Positions 37,366 through 50,335 of a stretch of 64,000 nt of DNA are shown one piece after another. How positions within the stretch are numbered: position 1 is the stretch's first letter; each line of letters starts with the position of its first letter. Location: assembly GCA_016748015.1 (NCBI GenBank), contig JAAOMT010000400.1:1-64000 (forward strand). The letters are read 5' to 3'. This DNA is from Geosiphon pyriformis uo1. Its lineage: Eukaryota > Fungi > Glomeromycota. The translations under genes were made by a program, and so were the position numbers. The notes beneath the pieces are model-generated. The model was not told the DNA's origin. It made no database searches and worked only from the letters and a program-made list of their open reading frames with translations.

Positions 37366-38569
37366 AATTATTTTTAAAAATATTTTAAAAACATTATATT
37401 TTACAAATTAAAACTTAAAAATTTAATTATTGTTAAAAATTAATTATTGATAACATATAACTAATTGCTTAATAATGTTGCTAAAAAAATTTATTGATAT
37501 AAAAAGCTAAAATTTTAACCATTTAATAAAAATAATAATACTAATAATAAATTTAGTTTTAATATTTAAAAATAAAAATAATGTAAAAAATAAATTGTTT
37601 TTTATTATCCAATAATATTTGCGTTCAAAAAAATGGGTGGCCAAACGTATTGGATCATGCTGTTTTTCATAAAAGTCAACTCAAAGAGACTAAGAATCAT
37701 ATTTCCCGACCAATTGTTAAATAAAAAGGGGTAATCATAAAATGGGCTAAACCCAAAAAATGGAAGAGGCTGAGTCCGAGGGGAATGGTCCAAGATCTCC
37801 AGAGCCCGCACAATTTTTAGAGAAAATAAGTGTTTACACAGACGGATTGGTTAAAAATCTCGGATTGCGGCCTATTTTTGATGGTGACATGGACGACGCT
37901 ACTAATGAGCCTGGCTGCTTAAATGGGATTCCCATGTAACGTCCAATGTAGTCTGGGTGGCTTTGCTTTCGGTTCTATTTTTGGCTGATCAACACATAAT
38001 ATGTAATATTCTCTGTTACATACTATTTGGCTGTAGTTAATAAACGCATTGAAATAATATTTTAATAAATTATAATATATATAAACATAATTGATTTTAT
38101 TTACTTGTTTAAATGCTTAAATAGTATAATTTATTAATATAATACATATATATACCGTTACTTAATAGAAATTAAACAATTAATTTTATAAATTAACTTA
38201 CTAATTAAAGTGAAAAATATTATTAATTTACAAAGTAATAATTATGTGATAATACAATTAACAATACATAAATATACAAAATTCTAATTTAAAAAATTTT
38301 AAAAACCTGGATTTTATTGTTTAAAAAGCAAATAATTTTATTAAATATATTTTAAAAAAAAACTTTTTTGTATAATACAAAATATGTATATATACAATAA
38401 TTTTTATATTTTATATTTTATATTTTATTATAAAATAAATTTTTTTTTGCATAAAATTAAAATTATTTATAAAAACATTAAACAAAAGTATAAAAAAAAA
38501 CCTTTTTTTTATTTATTTTCAATTTTTTTAAAAAAAATTAAATTTTGTAAAAAAGTTTTTGTTTTATTC

Positions 38570-40861
38570 TGTTTTTATTTTTTACAAAAATTTATTAATA
38601 ATAGTTAATAATACTTGGTATTTGATTTTTTTAATACAATAACTAGTTTATTTTAGTGTTTTTTACTTTTTTAATAAACAATATTATAAATTAATTATAT
38701 TCTTATTTTTGAGTTTTTATTAGATAATTTTTGATCTTATAATTTCATCATTTTTTTTTAATTAATTAGTAAACAGTAAAATAAAACAAACAGAGAAAAA
38801 AATAAAAAAATTATTATTTTAATATTGTTAATTTCTGTGAATTAATATTATTAATATTAATTAATAATAAATAATTTCAAATAAAATAAATAACAATTCA
38901 TGTATTTAATAATAAATAATTATAAATAATTTTATTTAAAAAAAATTTACTTTAAGTACTAAATTCCAAACTGTTAAAATTATTTAGTAAGATTTAATAA
39001 TAAAATTGTTATTTTTCTGTTTTTAATAATAATATTATATATATATAAATTTTTATAATATAAAATTTTTAAAATTTTAATGATTTTTACATTTTTATTA
39101 TATTATTGTTAAAATTTTTAGCATTCTTAAAATCTTTAAAATTTTAATATTATATTAATAATTTTTAATATGTAATTGATTAATTATACTATATTTAACT
39201 ACTAATTATTATTATTTTATTATTTTATAAATAATAATATATATATTTTTTTAATATTAAGTTTTAGTAAAATCCATTAAATTTTTTTATTATAATATTA
39301 AAAACTTTTTTTTTTAGTTTTTCAAATTATATGTTAATTATTTTTTTAATTAGTTTATTGTTAATAATTTTATAATAATATTTTATAATACTTTTAAAAT
39401 ATAAAATATAATTAATATATAATTTTTAAGTAAATTATTAAATTGTTTTTTTTAATAAAATATTTTGTTATATTATTACTTTATTAATATATAATATTTA
39501 AATATTTAACTATTGTTCTAAGTAATAATAATAGTATATTATTGAAAATTGCTTTTTTTAAATTTTTAATTGTTTTTATTAATTTATAAATTAAATTATT
39601 ATTAAAAGTTTTTTTACTTTTTTAATAATTTTTTTATATAATTGTCTAGTTATATTATATTTAACTATATAAAATTAATTTGGTTTTTTTTAAATGTTTT
39701 TATAATAAATTTTTTGGTTGTTAATTATTATTTTTATGTTTAATTTCTTATATTTTAATAATTAAAACAATTATTAAGTAAGTAAATAAATATTATTTGT
39801 AGTTTTTATTTTGTTAATTTTTTATTATATGTTAATAATATTTATATACTCTTTTTTGTTTTTGTAATATGTTGGCTTTAATAATAATAATTAATTTTAA
39901 ATTTTATAAAATCTTATTTAGTTTAATTAATATTCTTTGTACTTTTTAATTATTATATATTAAATAATAATAATAAACAAGTATAATATAGTTTTAATTA
40001 ATTATTATATATAGTTTTAATTAAAACTTTAATTATAATTTATATGTTTTATTTTTAAGTATTTTTTTAATATAAAATAAAGTATTATATTCTAAATTAA
40101 AATTAGAATTTTTATTTTATTTTAATATAATATAATAATATTTTTTTCAATTTTAAAATTAACTAATTTGTTTAGTAATTAATTATTATGTTTTTTTTTG
40201 TTTTTTTACAAAGCTTTAATATTGTTAATTGCTTTTTTTCTTTTGTTTTTTAATATTTTTATTAAGTTATATGTTTATTTTAATAATATAATCTTTATTA
40301 TTGATTTTATTAGATATATTTTATAATTTTTATCTTAATTAATAATATTATTATTTTAATATATACTAATTCAAATAATATTATTTAAATTATATTTTGC
40401 TTTATTTTTTAATAAGCAAATAATACTAATAATATAAACAAGTTTTATTTTTTTTATTTTTTTGGCTAATTTTAATCTAATATTTTATTATATTTTTTAA
40501 CTAAGTTATTGTTTATAGATAATATAATAATAATAATAATAGTCTTTTTATTTCAAATTTTTAACATATTTAATTAATATTTATTTACAAAGTAAGTTTT
40601 TGGTTTAATAACAGTTTTTTTAAATATTTATATTAACATATTAAGTTTTAATAAACAAATTTAACTATTAATTTGGTATTAATTTTTTTATTTGTTTTAA
40701 TTTTAAATTATTTAATAAGTAATTAATAACATTAATTATTTAATTTTAATTGGTTTTAATGATTTAATTTAGTTTTTTTTAATAAATATTACAATTTTGT
40801 ATATATTAAAAAAATATTTTGTTATTAAATTTAAATATTTTATTATTAATTTTAAATATAT
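38570..40861 (-). mobile_element. Extremely decayed gypsy 3' end (element Z): integrase C-half, spacer/ORF3, PPT and 3' LTR
   Basis: Minus-strand 40620-40370 back-mutates to NQGTHFVN..SSPYHPQTNGLVERF..VLFAY..PFEL. T-tract PPT at ~39305. 38600-38810 resembles the reverse complement of an X LTR. Confidence 0.6.
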
Positions 40862-41762
40862 TGTTATTAAAGATTTTTTTTACTCTTTTTTTAATATTGT
40901 TAATACTGTTTTGTTGATAATTTTGCTATTGTTAAAAGTTAATAAATCTTTAATAAGCTAATTTTCTTTCTAAAATATTTCTTTATATTTTAAATTATGT
41001 ATATTATTAAATTTATAATAAAATGACCAATTCTGTACTAATTACTTGTATAATTATTTTGTTGTAAAAATTAACTTTTTTACAAAAAAATTTTTTTTGT
41101 AAGCTTTTCAAGATATCTATAGTTATTTTGCTGTAAAAATCAACTTTTTTACAGAAAATTTCGATTGTAGACTACTCAATAATATAAAAAAAATAAAAAA
41201 AATAAAAATAGATAAATTAAAGAAAAAAAATAAAAAATTGTATTAAAAAAGTTATTTTAAATCCAAATTTGAAAGTTACTAATAATTATTGAAATTAATA
41301 GCTAATCAATTTCAAAATATTAGTATAAAATAGTTAATTTTGAAGTAATAATAAATAAAAAAATTTTATGTTTTTTAAGTAAATTTTATTAAAATCAATT
41401 TGTAAAGCAAATATTTAATAGAAGATTAATTTCAATTCAAATACATTTTTTTAAAGAGAAAAATTTTTCTTTTATACAACTTGTTATAGTACTATTTTAT
41501 AATTTATTACTTTTTTTTTCCTAATTTTTTAGTGAATTATTAAATATTTTGGCAAATTCTAAATATTATATAGTTTGGTATAGTATATGATTTAATTATT
41601 ACAATTTAATTATATTTATGCTCTATATAAATTAGATTATTAATTAAATAATAATTTAAAGTTAATAAATAATAAATTAAAATAATAATATATATTAGTT
41701 AATAATAGAAATTATAAAAATAATTTTATGTTAATTAATATTTCATATTTTAACTGATAATA
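40862..41762 (-). repeat. 3' LTR of element Y
   Basis: Reverse-complement homolog of 56634-57605. TGTTA at 40862, TAATA at 41762 and an adjacent T-tract (PPT) at 41766-41775. Confidence 0.8.
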
Positions 41763-44700
41763 TAATTTTTTTTTTAAGACTAAGCTTTATTAAAGTCCAA
41801 ATATTGTCTGTAATTTCTAAATAGTAATCTAATATTATTGAAAAAATTTGGTTTAGAAATTGTTAAAATTTTAGTTTTGTAAGCTTTTTATTAAATTAAA
41901 TCTTTAAAAATTGTAAAATTGGGTTTTATAAGACGTTTTTATAAGTATAAAATAGGTTATAAATTTTAAAAACTGTTTTAAGTTTGTAATAAGTATTTAT
42001 TAATTTGACTGTTATCTTAAATTTGTTGTAAAGTTGTTTGTAAATAGTTTTGGTTGTAAAATTTGCTGTTTTTAGCTTTAGTTTTCTTTTATAAAATAGT
42101 TTTTAATATAAAAATATATATATATTAAAAAGTATTTATTATTTTGTTTATTGAGATATTGTTAAAGTTTTTGTTAAATTATGATATTGGGTAAAATATT
42201 AATAAATATAAATATTAAATTTTTTCTTAAAGCTTGCTTTAAGAGTTCTAATAAGTAAAATCCAGAATAATTTCTTGTGTTTTTTCTATAAGAATAATAA
42301 TTTTATGTATTTGTTTTTAAAGTTGTAACAGATTTTGTTTAGATATAATTAATATGTTTTTTAACAATAGTTATAAATAATTTAGATGGTGTTTTTAAGG
42401 CTAATGTTAATTTTTGGAATAATTGTTAAATGTTTTAGAAAATAGTTATAATAATTAATAAAAATATGAATAATAAAAATATTTTTTTGTATATGGAGTT
42501 TTTATATTATTTTTGTTTTGTTTTTCTGTGCAGTTTTGTTTTTTTTTTGTAAAATTGTTTTTAAATATAAAAAATAATTATAAAAACAATTTAAATTTAA
42601 ATGTTTAAATTTGAAAGTTGTTTAATACCAATTATTGATTCTAAATTTCAGAAAATATTTTTAAAATTAATTAAAAGAAATTGTATATTAATTTGTAAAA
42701 TAAAGAATTTAAGATTAATTCTAAAATAATAATATTTAAACTTATTATTATGTGCAACTTTTTTTAAAATTTTATTATTGAATTTTAACTTCTATAATTT
42801 ATTTCTTAAAATTTTGTATATAAAAAATAGTTTGTCTTATTTATGATTAAATTTTCTACTTTATTGTTTTTTAGTTTTAGTTTTAATTTTATGTTAAAAA
42901 ACTTTATTTTCAACTTTAAATTTGTTAATAATTAATAATAATTTATTGTCATGCCATTTTTTTTGTTAAGCTTAGAAGTATTTTATATAAGTAACTGTAA
43001 TTTATTATTATTATTTTAATATACTAAAAAATATATAAACTCTTTTTATAGTGTTTCTTAAAAATTGTTCTTTATAATTAATTAAGTTAAATAAAATTTA
43101 TAATAAAATTAATTGGCAAATTGCTGTTCTTTTATAAGTTAAATTAAATAGTATATGTTTTATTGTATTTTATTTTAGTGTTTTATATGCTAGTAATACT
43201 AATAGAATAAAAATATTTTATTTTTGTTCAAAATCTATTAAAATTTTAATTAATAATTTATAAAATGTTCAATTAAAATATTCTATAAGTCTATGAATAA
43301 TAAAATAAAAATAGTTTTTTTTTAATATTGAATTATTTATAAATTTCTTGTATTAAGTTGTTTATAAAATATGTTTTTTGATTAAATAAAAGTTTAATTG
43401 GTATTTATGTCTACAAATAATGTCTTTATAGATAAAATTTGCAATTAATTTTGTATCTGTTTATTGAATTGCTTTTGTTTTTGGTTATTTTGTTGGATAA
43501 TCTACTATAATTACAATATATTGGTTTTTTAAATTGTAATAAATAGTAATCTAATTAAATTAATACCAATTTAATTAAAAAATTGTCTAAATTTAATTAG
43601 ATTTAGGAATTTTATAAGACATGTTTCTTTTTTTTATTAATAATTATTACAGAATTTAACATATTAGTAAATATTTTATTTTATTTGTAACCAAAAATAA
43701 TGTTTTAATGTTCTTTAGATTGTACTATTTTTTTTGAAGTATGCTAATAAAAAATTTAAATATATATTATATAAATTTGTTTTTTTTCATGTTTCTAAAT
43801 TATTTTAAATAAATTGTTTAAGTTTTTTGTAACTTTAATAATAAATAAAGTTGTGTAAAAAATATTGTTTTATTTAATATTATAATTAATATTTTTTATT
43901 TAAAAACCAAGTTTCTGGTATAATAAGTATTTCTAAGTATTATTTAAGATTGTTGTAATTTTTAATATTTATTGTTTGTTATTATTAATTAAGTTAAATA
44001 ATAGTTATAGTTTCTAATTTTGTTTTATTCTGAAAAACCAATTAACATTTGTGTAAAACTTTTCTGATTTGTAATATATAATATATTGATAATTTGTAAA
44101 AAATTCTGTTTATTAGATTTGTTTTGTATTTAATTTGAAATTTTTGTTTTATAGTTATTTAAGTTTAATATTATTAATAATAATATTGAATTTTTTGAGT
44201 TTAAAATACAGATCAAAATAATAAAAAGTTCAAATTACTATTGCTATTTCTAATTTAGTAATAAAATAGTTTTTTTTTGTTAATTTTAATGTTTTGCTAA
44301 CATAAACAATTACTTGTTTATTGTTATTATTATTTAATTAAGATAAAATAGCACTAAAAACAATATAAAAAGCATTTATAACTAGTTAAAATTTTTTGTT
44401 AAAGTCTAAATATATAAGAATTAAAGCTGTTATAAGCTTTTTTTTGAGAGTTTTAAAAATTTTTTGTTGTTTTTTTGTTTATTTGTATTTAATATTTTTG
44501 TTGATTAAATAATTGAGTGGTTTTATAATTTTTGAAAATTTTTTAATGAATTTTTAATAATATAATGCTAATTTAGTAATTTTTTTAGTTTGATAGTACT
44601 TTAAAAAATTTTGAAATTTTTAACAACATTAATTTTTTTTGGATTAAATTTAACTTTTTTTTGCTAACAATATAACCAAAAAAACCAAGTTTGTTTTTTC

Positions 44701-46613
44701 AAAGTGATATTTTTTTATAATTATTGAAAAAATTTTTGCAAATAAATTAAATAAACTTTAAATAATAGTAAATAAAAATTAATATTATTAAAATAAACAA
44801 CTATTAACTTTCAAAAAAGTTTAATATAAACAATATTTATAAGTTTTTAAAATATTGCTAGTATATTATATAATTTAAAAGATATTATGTTAAACTTTTA
44901 ATTTTTTTTGAGTGGTAAAAGCTGTTTTGGAACAATTTTTAAAATCTATTACAACTTATTAGTATCTACTTTTTAGATTTAATGTTAAGAAGTATTTTAA
45001 TTTGCCAAGAGCATTTAGCATATTATTAATTTAGAATAAAAGGTAAGTATTTTTAATTATAACACTATTTAGTTAACAATAATTAACACAAAAGTGAATT
45101 TTTTATTTTTTTTTAATATAAACTTATTAATAATTAGATAAATCTATTGTTAAATATTATTATATTTTTTTTTAAATAAATTAATAACTTATTAAAGCAA
45201 CTTAATAGGCTTGTTGTTATTTGAATTTTATATCTTTAGTATAAATTTAATGTTAAACTAGATTAGTTCTTCTTAAATTGTTGTTATTTTTAACAAATAT
45301 GTTTACATGTTTTATAATTAATTTTTTAAGTTTTTTTTTGTTTTTGTGGCTCTAATTGTTTCATATTAATATGAAATAATTTTTTAATAATAATATAATA
45401 ATTTTTGGTAATAAGTTTGACTTAAATTTTGGAAGAGAATATCTAATTATTTTTGTAAAATTTATAATTATTTATAATAATTCTTGTTAAAAAATATTAC
45501 TGTAAATAATTTTAATTTTTAAATGATTATCTAATATAATAATATAGTTATTAAGATTATAAAATATAATATTAAATTTTTTGACTTCTTTTGGCAAATA
45601 AATATTTGAAATAAAAATTTCATATTTTTTGCAAATTTATTTATTTGATTTGAAGATTTGTTAAATAATAATAAATATTGGGCAGATATATATTTTACAA
45701 ACTTTTCCAAAAGATAAAATGGTAATTATTTTTGGTAATCTAAAAATCTAGTAAGATTTATTTTGTATATTAAAAGCTATATTTACTAAAATTATAAATT
45801 GTTTAATTAATCTAAAGTTTTAAATTTAAAATATTAATTAAAAATAAATAGATAACTTGAACAATTTTTTTAGCATGTTTAATTTTAAATAGCTTTTTGG
45901 TTTTATTTTGAAGTATTATTATAATGTTTTCAATATATTTTGTATCAATGATTTTTTCTTTAATGTTGATTTTTTTGCTTATTAATAATAAACAAGAAGC
46001 AATTTATACTATTGCTTTTAGTAGAATTTTAATAGCAATTTTGAGATTGATTTTTATTAAAAATTTTGGTTGTAACATTAAAATATTTTTTTTAAAGTAT
46101 TAAAAATCATATTTAGTATTGATTTTATGAGCTTTTTCTGGTTTAATTTTTTGTTTATTGTTGTTAAAATATTTGAATAGTGAAGCAGATTGGTTTTTAA
46201 TAAGATAAATTAGAATTATTAAAATTTTAGACTGTACTTCTTGTTTTCCAAATTTAATTTTCTCTTAATTATTTTTAGTAAATAATAATATACTAAAAGC
46301 ATAGTATTTAGAACACTATATATTATTACAGAACATAATATATTTTTCATATAATTAAATGTTTATTTGTTTTAATTATTAAATTTGAGCTTTTTTGAAA
46401 AAATAGGCATAACTAAAAATTAAGTAATAAAGTTTTACTTTATTTTTATAGTCAAATTTAGCTAGTTCTATTGTATATTTAATATATTTAACGTTTTTTT
46501 ATTTAATAAACATTTTTTTAGGATTTTTTATTAATTAAAATTATTGCAAATTTATAAATTATTTTAATATTATATAAATAATAATACAGTTTGTTAAGAG
46601 CACTATTGTAGAC
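40862..46613 (-). mobile_element. Decayed gypsy element family Y (Cys remnant, dUTPase, RT, RH, IN, ORF3, 3' LTR); 5' part missing
   Basis: RT IHFCVNY..LNALGK..YFLTLNL at 45110-44970. IN VDYPTK-PKTKAI..DIICRH at 43515-43400. dUTPase INLKIAIKI..IAS..IIDTKY at 46130-45900. Confidence 0.8.
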
Positions 46614-47642
46614 TGTTATAAAAATGTATTATGTTATTCGAGTAGAAAAACCAATCCAAAACTATTAAAAAACGTAATTAATATGTAATAACATAAAAAA
46701 ATATAAAATATAAAATAATATAAAATAATATAAAATAATTCAAAATAATACAAAATAATATATAATAATATAAAATAGTACAGAATAATTAGTTATAATA
46801 TAAAATAACTAATTATATATAAATAAATAAAGTAATAATAAAAATAGTAATAACTAATAATAACAAGTGATTAAAAGTAATCTTATAGAATTAAAAAATA
46901 TGTATAAAAATAAGTAGTTTTAGCAAATAAAAAAAGACAAACAAAAAACAAAAATTATTTTTTTCTTAAATATCTTAATTTTAATCAAAAAAATCAACTT
47001 TATTATATATATATATATACTTTGAACCAATTTAATAAAATTTTTTCAATTCAAATTACTAATTTATAATTTCAATATTCTAATTGTTAAAATTGAATTA
47101 ATTGTTTTTGTTACTTTTATTCTAAGCCAGATGCTATTAATATAAAACAGTCTTGAAATTTTAATAACTTGAACTAATTATTCTTAATTATAATAATTAA
47201 TAATATTAATTTTTTTTCTTTTATTCTTTTTATTTTTTTTATTTCTTGATTTTTTTTTATTTTTTATAAAATAACAACATTAAAAATCAACTGTCTAGAA
47301 ATAAAACTTTGTAATAATCTGGTAAAAAAAAAGCTTTTCTTAAGTATAAATATTAATTTTATCTTGTTAACTTATTAAAAAAACAAAAAGACAATATTAA
47401 ATTTTAGTAATTGTGTTTACTAACTTAAAAAAAAATACAATAAAAACAGTATAATTAAAAAATCAGAATTTTGTGCTTTATAACAAAAAAACTCAACAGA
47501 TATAACTTCAAACAAAAAAATCTTTAGAAATTAATAATTAACTTAACCAAAAAATTATTATATTAATAATTAAATAGTTTTTATCATTAAATTACAAGCA
47601 CTAAAAAATTACAATTCTATTCTATTAAGTTTACCTTTAATA
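46614..47642 (+). repeat. 5' LTR of element W, with a 10-bp tandem array (AYAAAATAAT) at ~46700-46810
   Basis: TGTTA start, CCAAT at 46652, (TA)n at ~47005, TAATA end followed by a PBS. Confidence 0.7.
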
Positions 47643-48627
47643 TTTGGTACTTTCTATAAAGTTATAAAATTAACAGAAATAAAACATTCAGAAAACTTAC
47701 AAAGTAGTAATTATTAAAATGGTTAAAAAAAATTGCTTATTTTTTAGAAAAGTACAATATCAATACTTTTAAAAAAACTTAAAAAACTTAAAAAGAATAA
47801 TTGCAGTTAAAAATAACTTTTTTTACTATATATATACTAAAGTGAAATATTATTTAAGTAGAACAGCAAATACTAAAAAACTCAAAAAACAGATTTATTA
47901 ATACTTGTTATTATACTTAACTTTAATTACTAAAAGAGCAATCATAAAAACTTTTCTTCTTATTGACAAAGAAATTAAAAAATATATACAAAATTGTTAT
48001 TTACAACTTAAAAAAAATCATAGCACAAAAGTTTTTTTCTAAAGAATTTAAGTTGAATACAAAAAACAATATTAATAGCTATTTATACAAAAAAAACCTT
48101 AACTTAAAACAAGCAAAAAATTAAAATTCTTTTTATTAACAATATTATTTTATTATTAGACTTTAAAAGCAAAATTTTATTAAATTAATTAAACAGCTTA
48201 CAGCCAAAAACTTCAGATTTTTAGAAATTTTTATTCTTAAGACTTTAATAGAAATTTCTCGACTAAGTTATTGAGAAAATATGAAACACTATTTGAAAAT
48301 CTTACTTTTACAATAAATATTCCTTTCTAAAATAATTTTTTTTAGAAACAACAAACATTAAAACTACTAGTCAAATCAATAATTATTTTTTAAAAGAAAC
48401 ATTTTTATTTCAATTTATTATAGTAATTAACAAAAAAAACAACTAGTCTTAAGTTTAACAAAACAAATAAATATATTTCTTTTAATATCTTCTTTGTTAA
48501 TAAATAAACAACTTTCTATTACTCCAGTTATGGCTTACAAAAACATTATTAGAGTGAAAAAATTCTTTAATAAAGAAAAAAATACATATATATAGATTGC
48601 AAAAACTAAAAAAGCAATTATAGTCAA

Positions 48628-49446
48628 TATTACAGGTAATTATTTAGGGTGTTAGAACAAATAACAACATAACTTGATATTTAATAGTTGTTAATAATAG
48701 TGATTTCTAAAAGTTTTGTAATCTGAAGATTTTGATTAAGTTTTTTGTATAATAGATAGAAATTTAATTGATAATTTCTTTTGTGAATTTTTTTTAGCAT
48801 GATAATTAGTTTAATTTAACAAATGTGTTTTTCTGATAAGCTATTTTTAAGTTTTTTATTCTTGTTTCATAGATCTTTTACTAGACTATTCTTGACATTA
48901 ATTATTTAGTACTTAATCTCTTAATCAATTAGTAAACAACAAAGAAAACAAAATAAAAAAATAAAAAAAGAAATAAAAAATTAGTATCCTGTTAATAATT
49001 ATGTTCAAGAGCTATTGTTTTAATGTAATTAAGTATTGAATTCTATTAACATGAGTTATTAATAGTACAAAAGTGATTAAGATTTTTTAATTAAGCAATA
49101 ACAACATAAATTGAATAGTAATAAATAATTTTATTAATATAAATATAATTCTATTTCAAGTTATAGAAAACTATTTTTTAAAAAGAAAGATATTTAATAA
49201 TTACTTTTCTAGCTTTTGTTTTTTTTTGCTTCTAATACTCTTACTATAAATTTATAATTTGTGTTATATAAGATTTTATATATTTTTATTTTTTTTCTAT
49301 ATTACTTTCTGAAACTGTGTTTATTTCTGGAAATATGTCATAATTTCTTAAAAATATGTTTATTTGCTAAGTATTATTCTCCTATTGGTCTATTTTATAA
49401 TTTGTTTTTTCTTATCTTTTTTTTTTACTCTTTTCTATAAGTAATA
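48628..49446 (-). mobile_element. Solo LTR (X-related) with TSD TCAA
   Basis: TATTACA...GTAATA. TCAA at 48624-48627 and 49447-49450. Homologous to 24003-24883. Confidence 0.88.
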
Positions 49447-49553
49447 TCAACAACTAAAATAAGACCAGAATAATTCAAGTCTTATTTTTTTTTGACTAAA
49501 ATAACAGATTCATAGTATTAAAGTTTCAATAAAAAGCTAACTAATGTTGTTAC

Positions 49554-50335
49554 TATTATTTATAAAAATAAGAATTATAATAATTAAAAAATAACCAATA
49601 AGAAAAAAGCATAGTAAAGAGAAAAATTCTAAAATTTCTTTTAAAAAAATTAAAAAATTTTAAAAAATTTTATATAACACAAATTATGTATATATAGTAA
49701 GAATATTAGAAGTAAAAAAAAAGCAAAACAGTAGATAATAATAAGTAATTATTAAATACCTCTTCTTTCAAAAAATAGTTTTTTATAATTTAAAATAGAA
49801 TTATATACATATTAATAAAAATATTTATTATTATCCAAATTCATATTATCATTGCTTAATTAAAGAAATATTAATTACTTTCACATTATTAATAATTCAT
49901 GTTAATAAAATCCAATATTTAATCATACTAAACCAATAACTCTTGATTATAGCTATTAACAAAATATTAATTTTTTAATTTTTTTTTAATTTTTTTAATT
50001 TTTTTTTGTTTTTATTGTTGTTTAATAATTAATTAAGAAATTAAATACTAACTAATTAACATTAAGAATAGTTTGATAAAAAACCTGTAAAACAAGGGTA
50101 AAAAAAACTTAAAAATAATTTACCAAAAAGACATAACTGTTAGAATTAACTGATCACTATACTAAAAACAGAAATTAAGAAAAACCATCAATTGAATCTC
50201 TATATATTATACAAAAGATTTAATTAAAATCTTCAAGCTATAAAGATCTTTAGAAATTACTATTATCAACAGTTATTAAGTACCAAGTTATGAGTTTATT
50301 ATTTGTTCCAACACCCTAAATAATCACTTATAATA
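49554..50335 (+). mobile_element. Solo LTR (X-related) with decayed TSD TTAC/CTAT (ancestral CTAC)
   Basis: Collinear with 53011-53835. Gag resumes after it with no PBS. Confidence 0.85.

Noticed and set aside
37740-37960. U6atac (ATGGAAGAGGC), telomerase template (CTAAACCC), hammerhead (CTAATGAG) or group I intron R/S-like words
   Set aside because: Only isolated short matches. The other required core motifs and spacing are absent.
38384-38608. F/I/K/Y-rich ORFs in A/T deserts (also 53658-53882)
   Set aside because: Compositional artefacts of extremely A/T-rich or LTR sequence.
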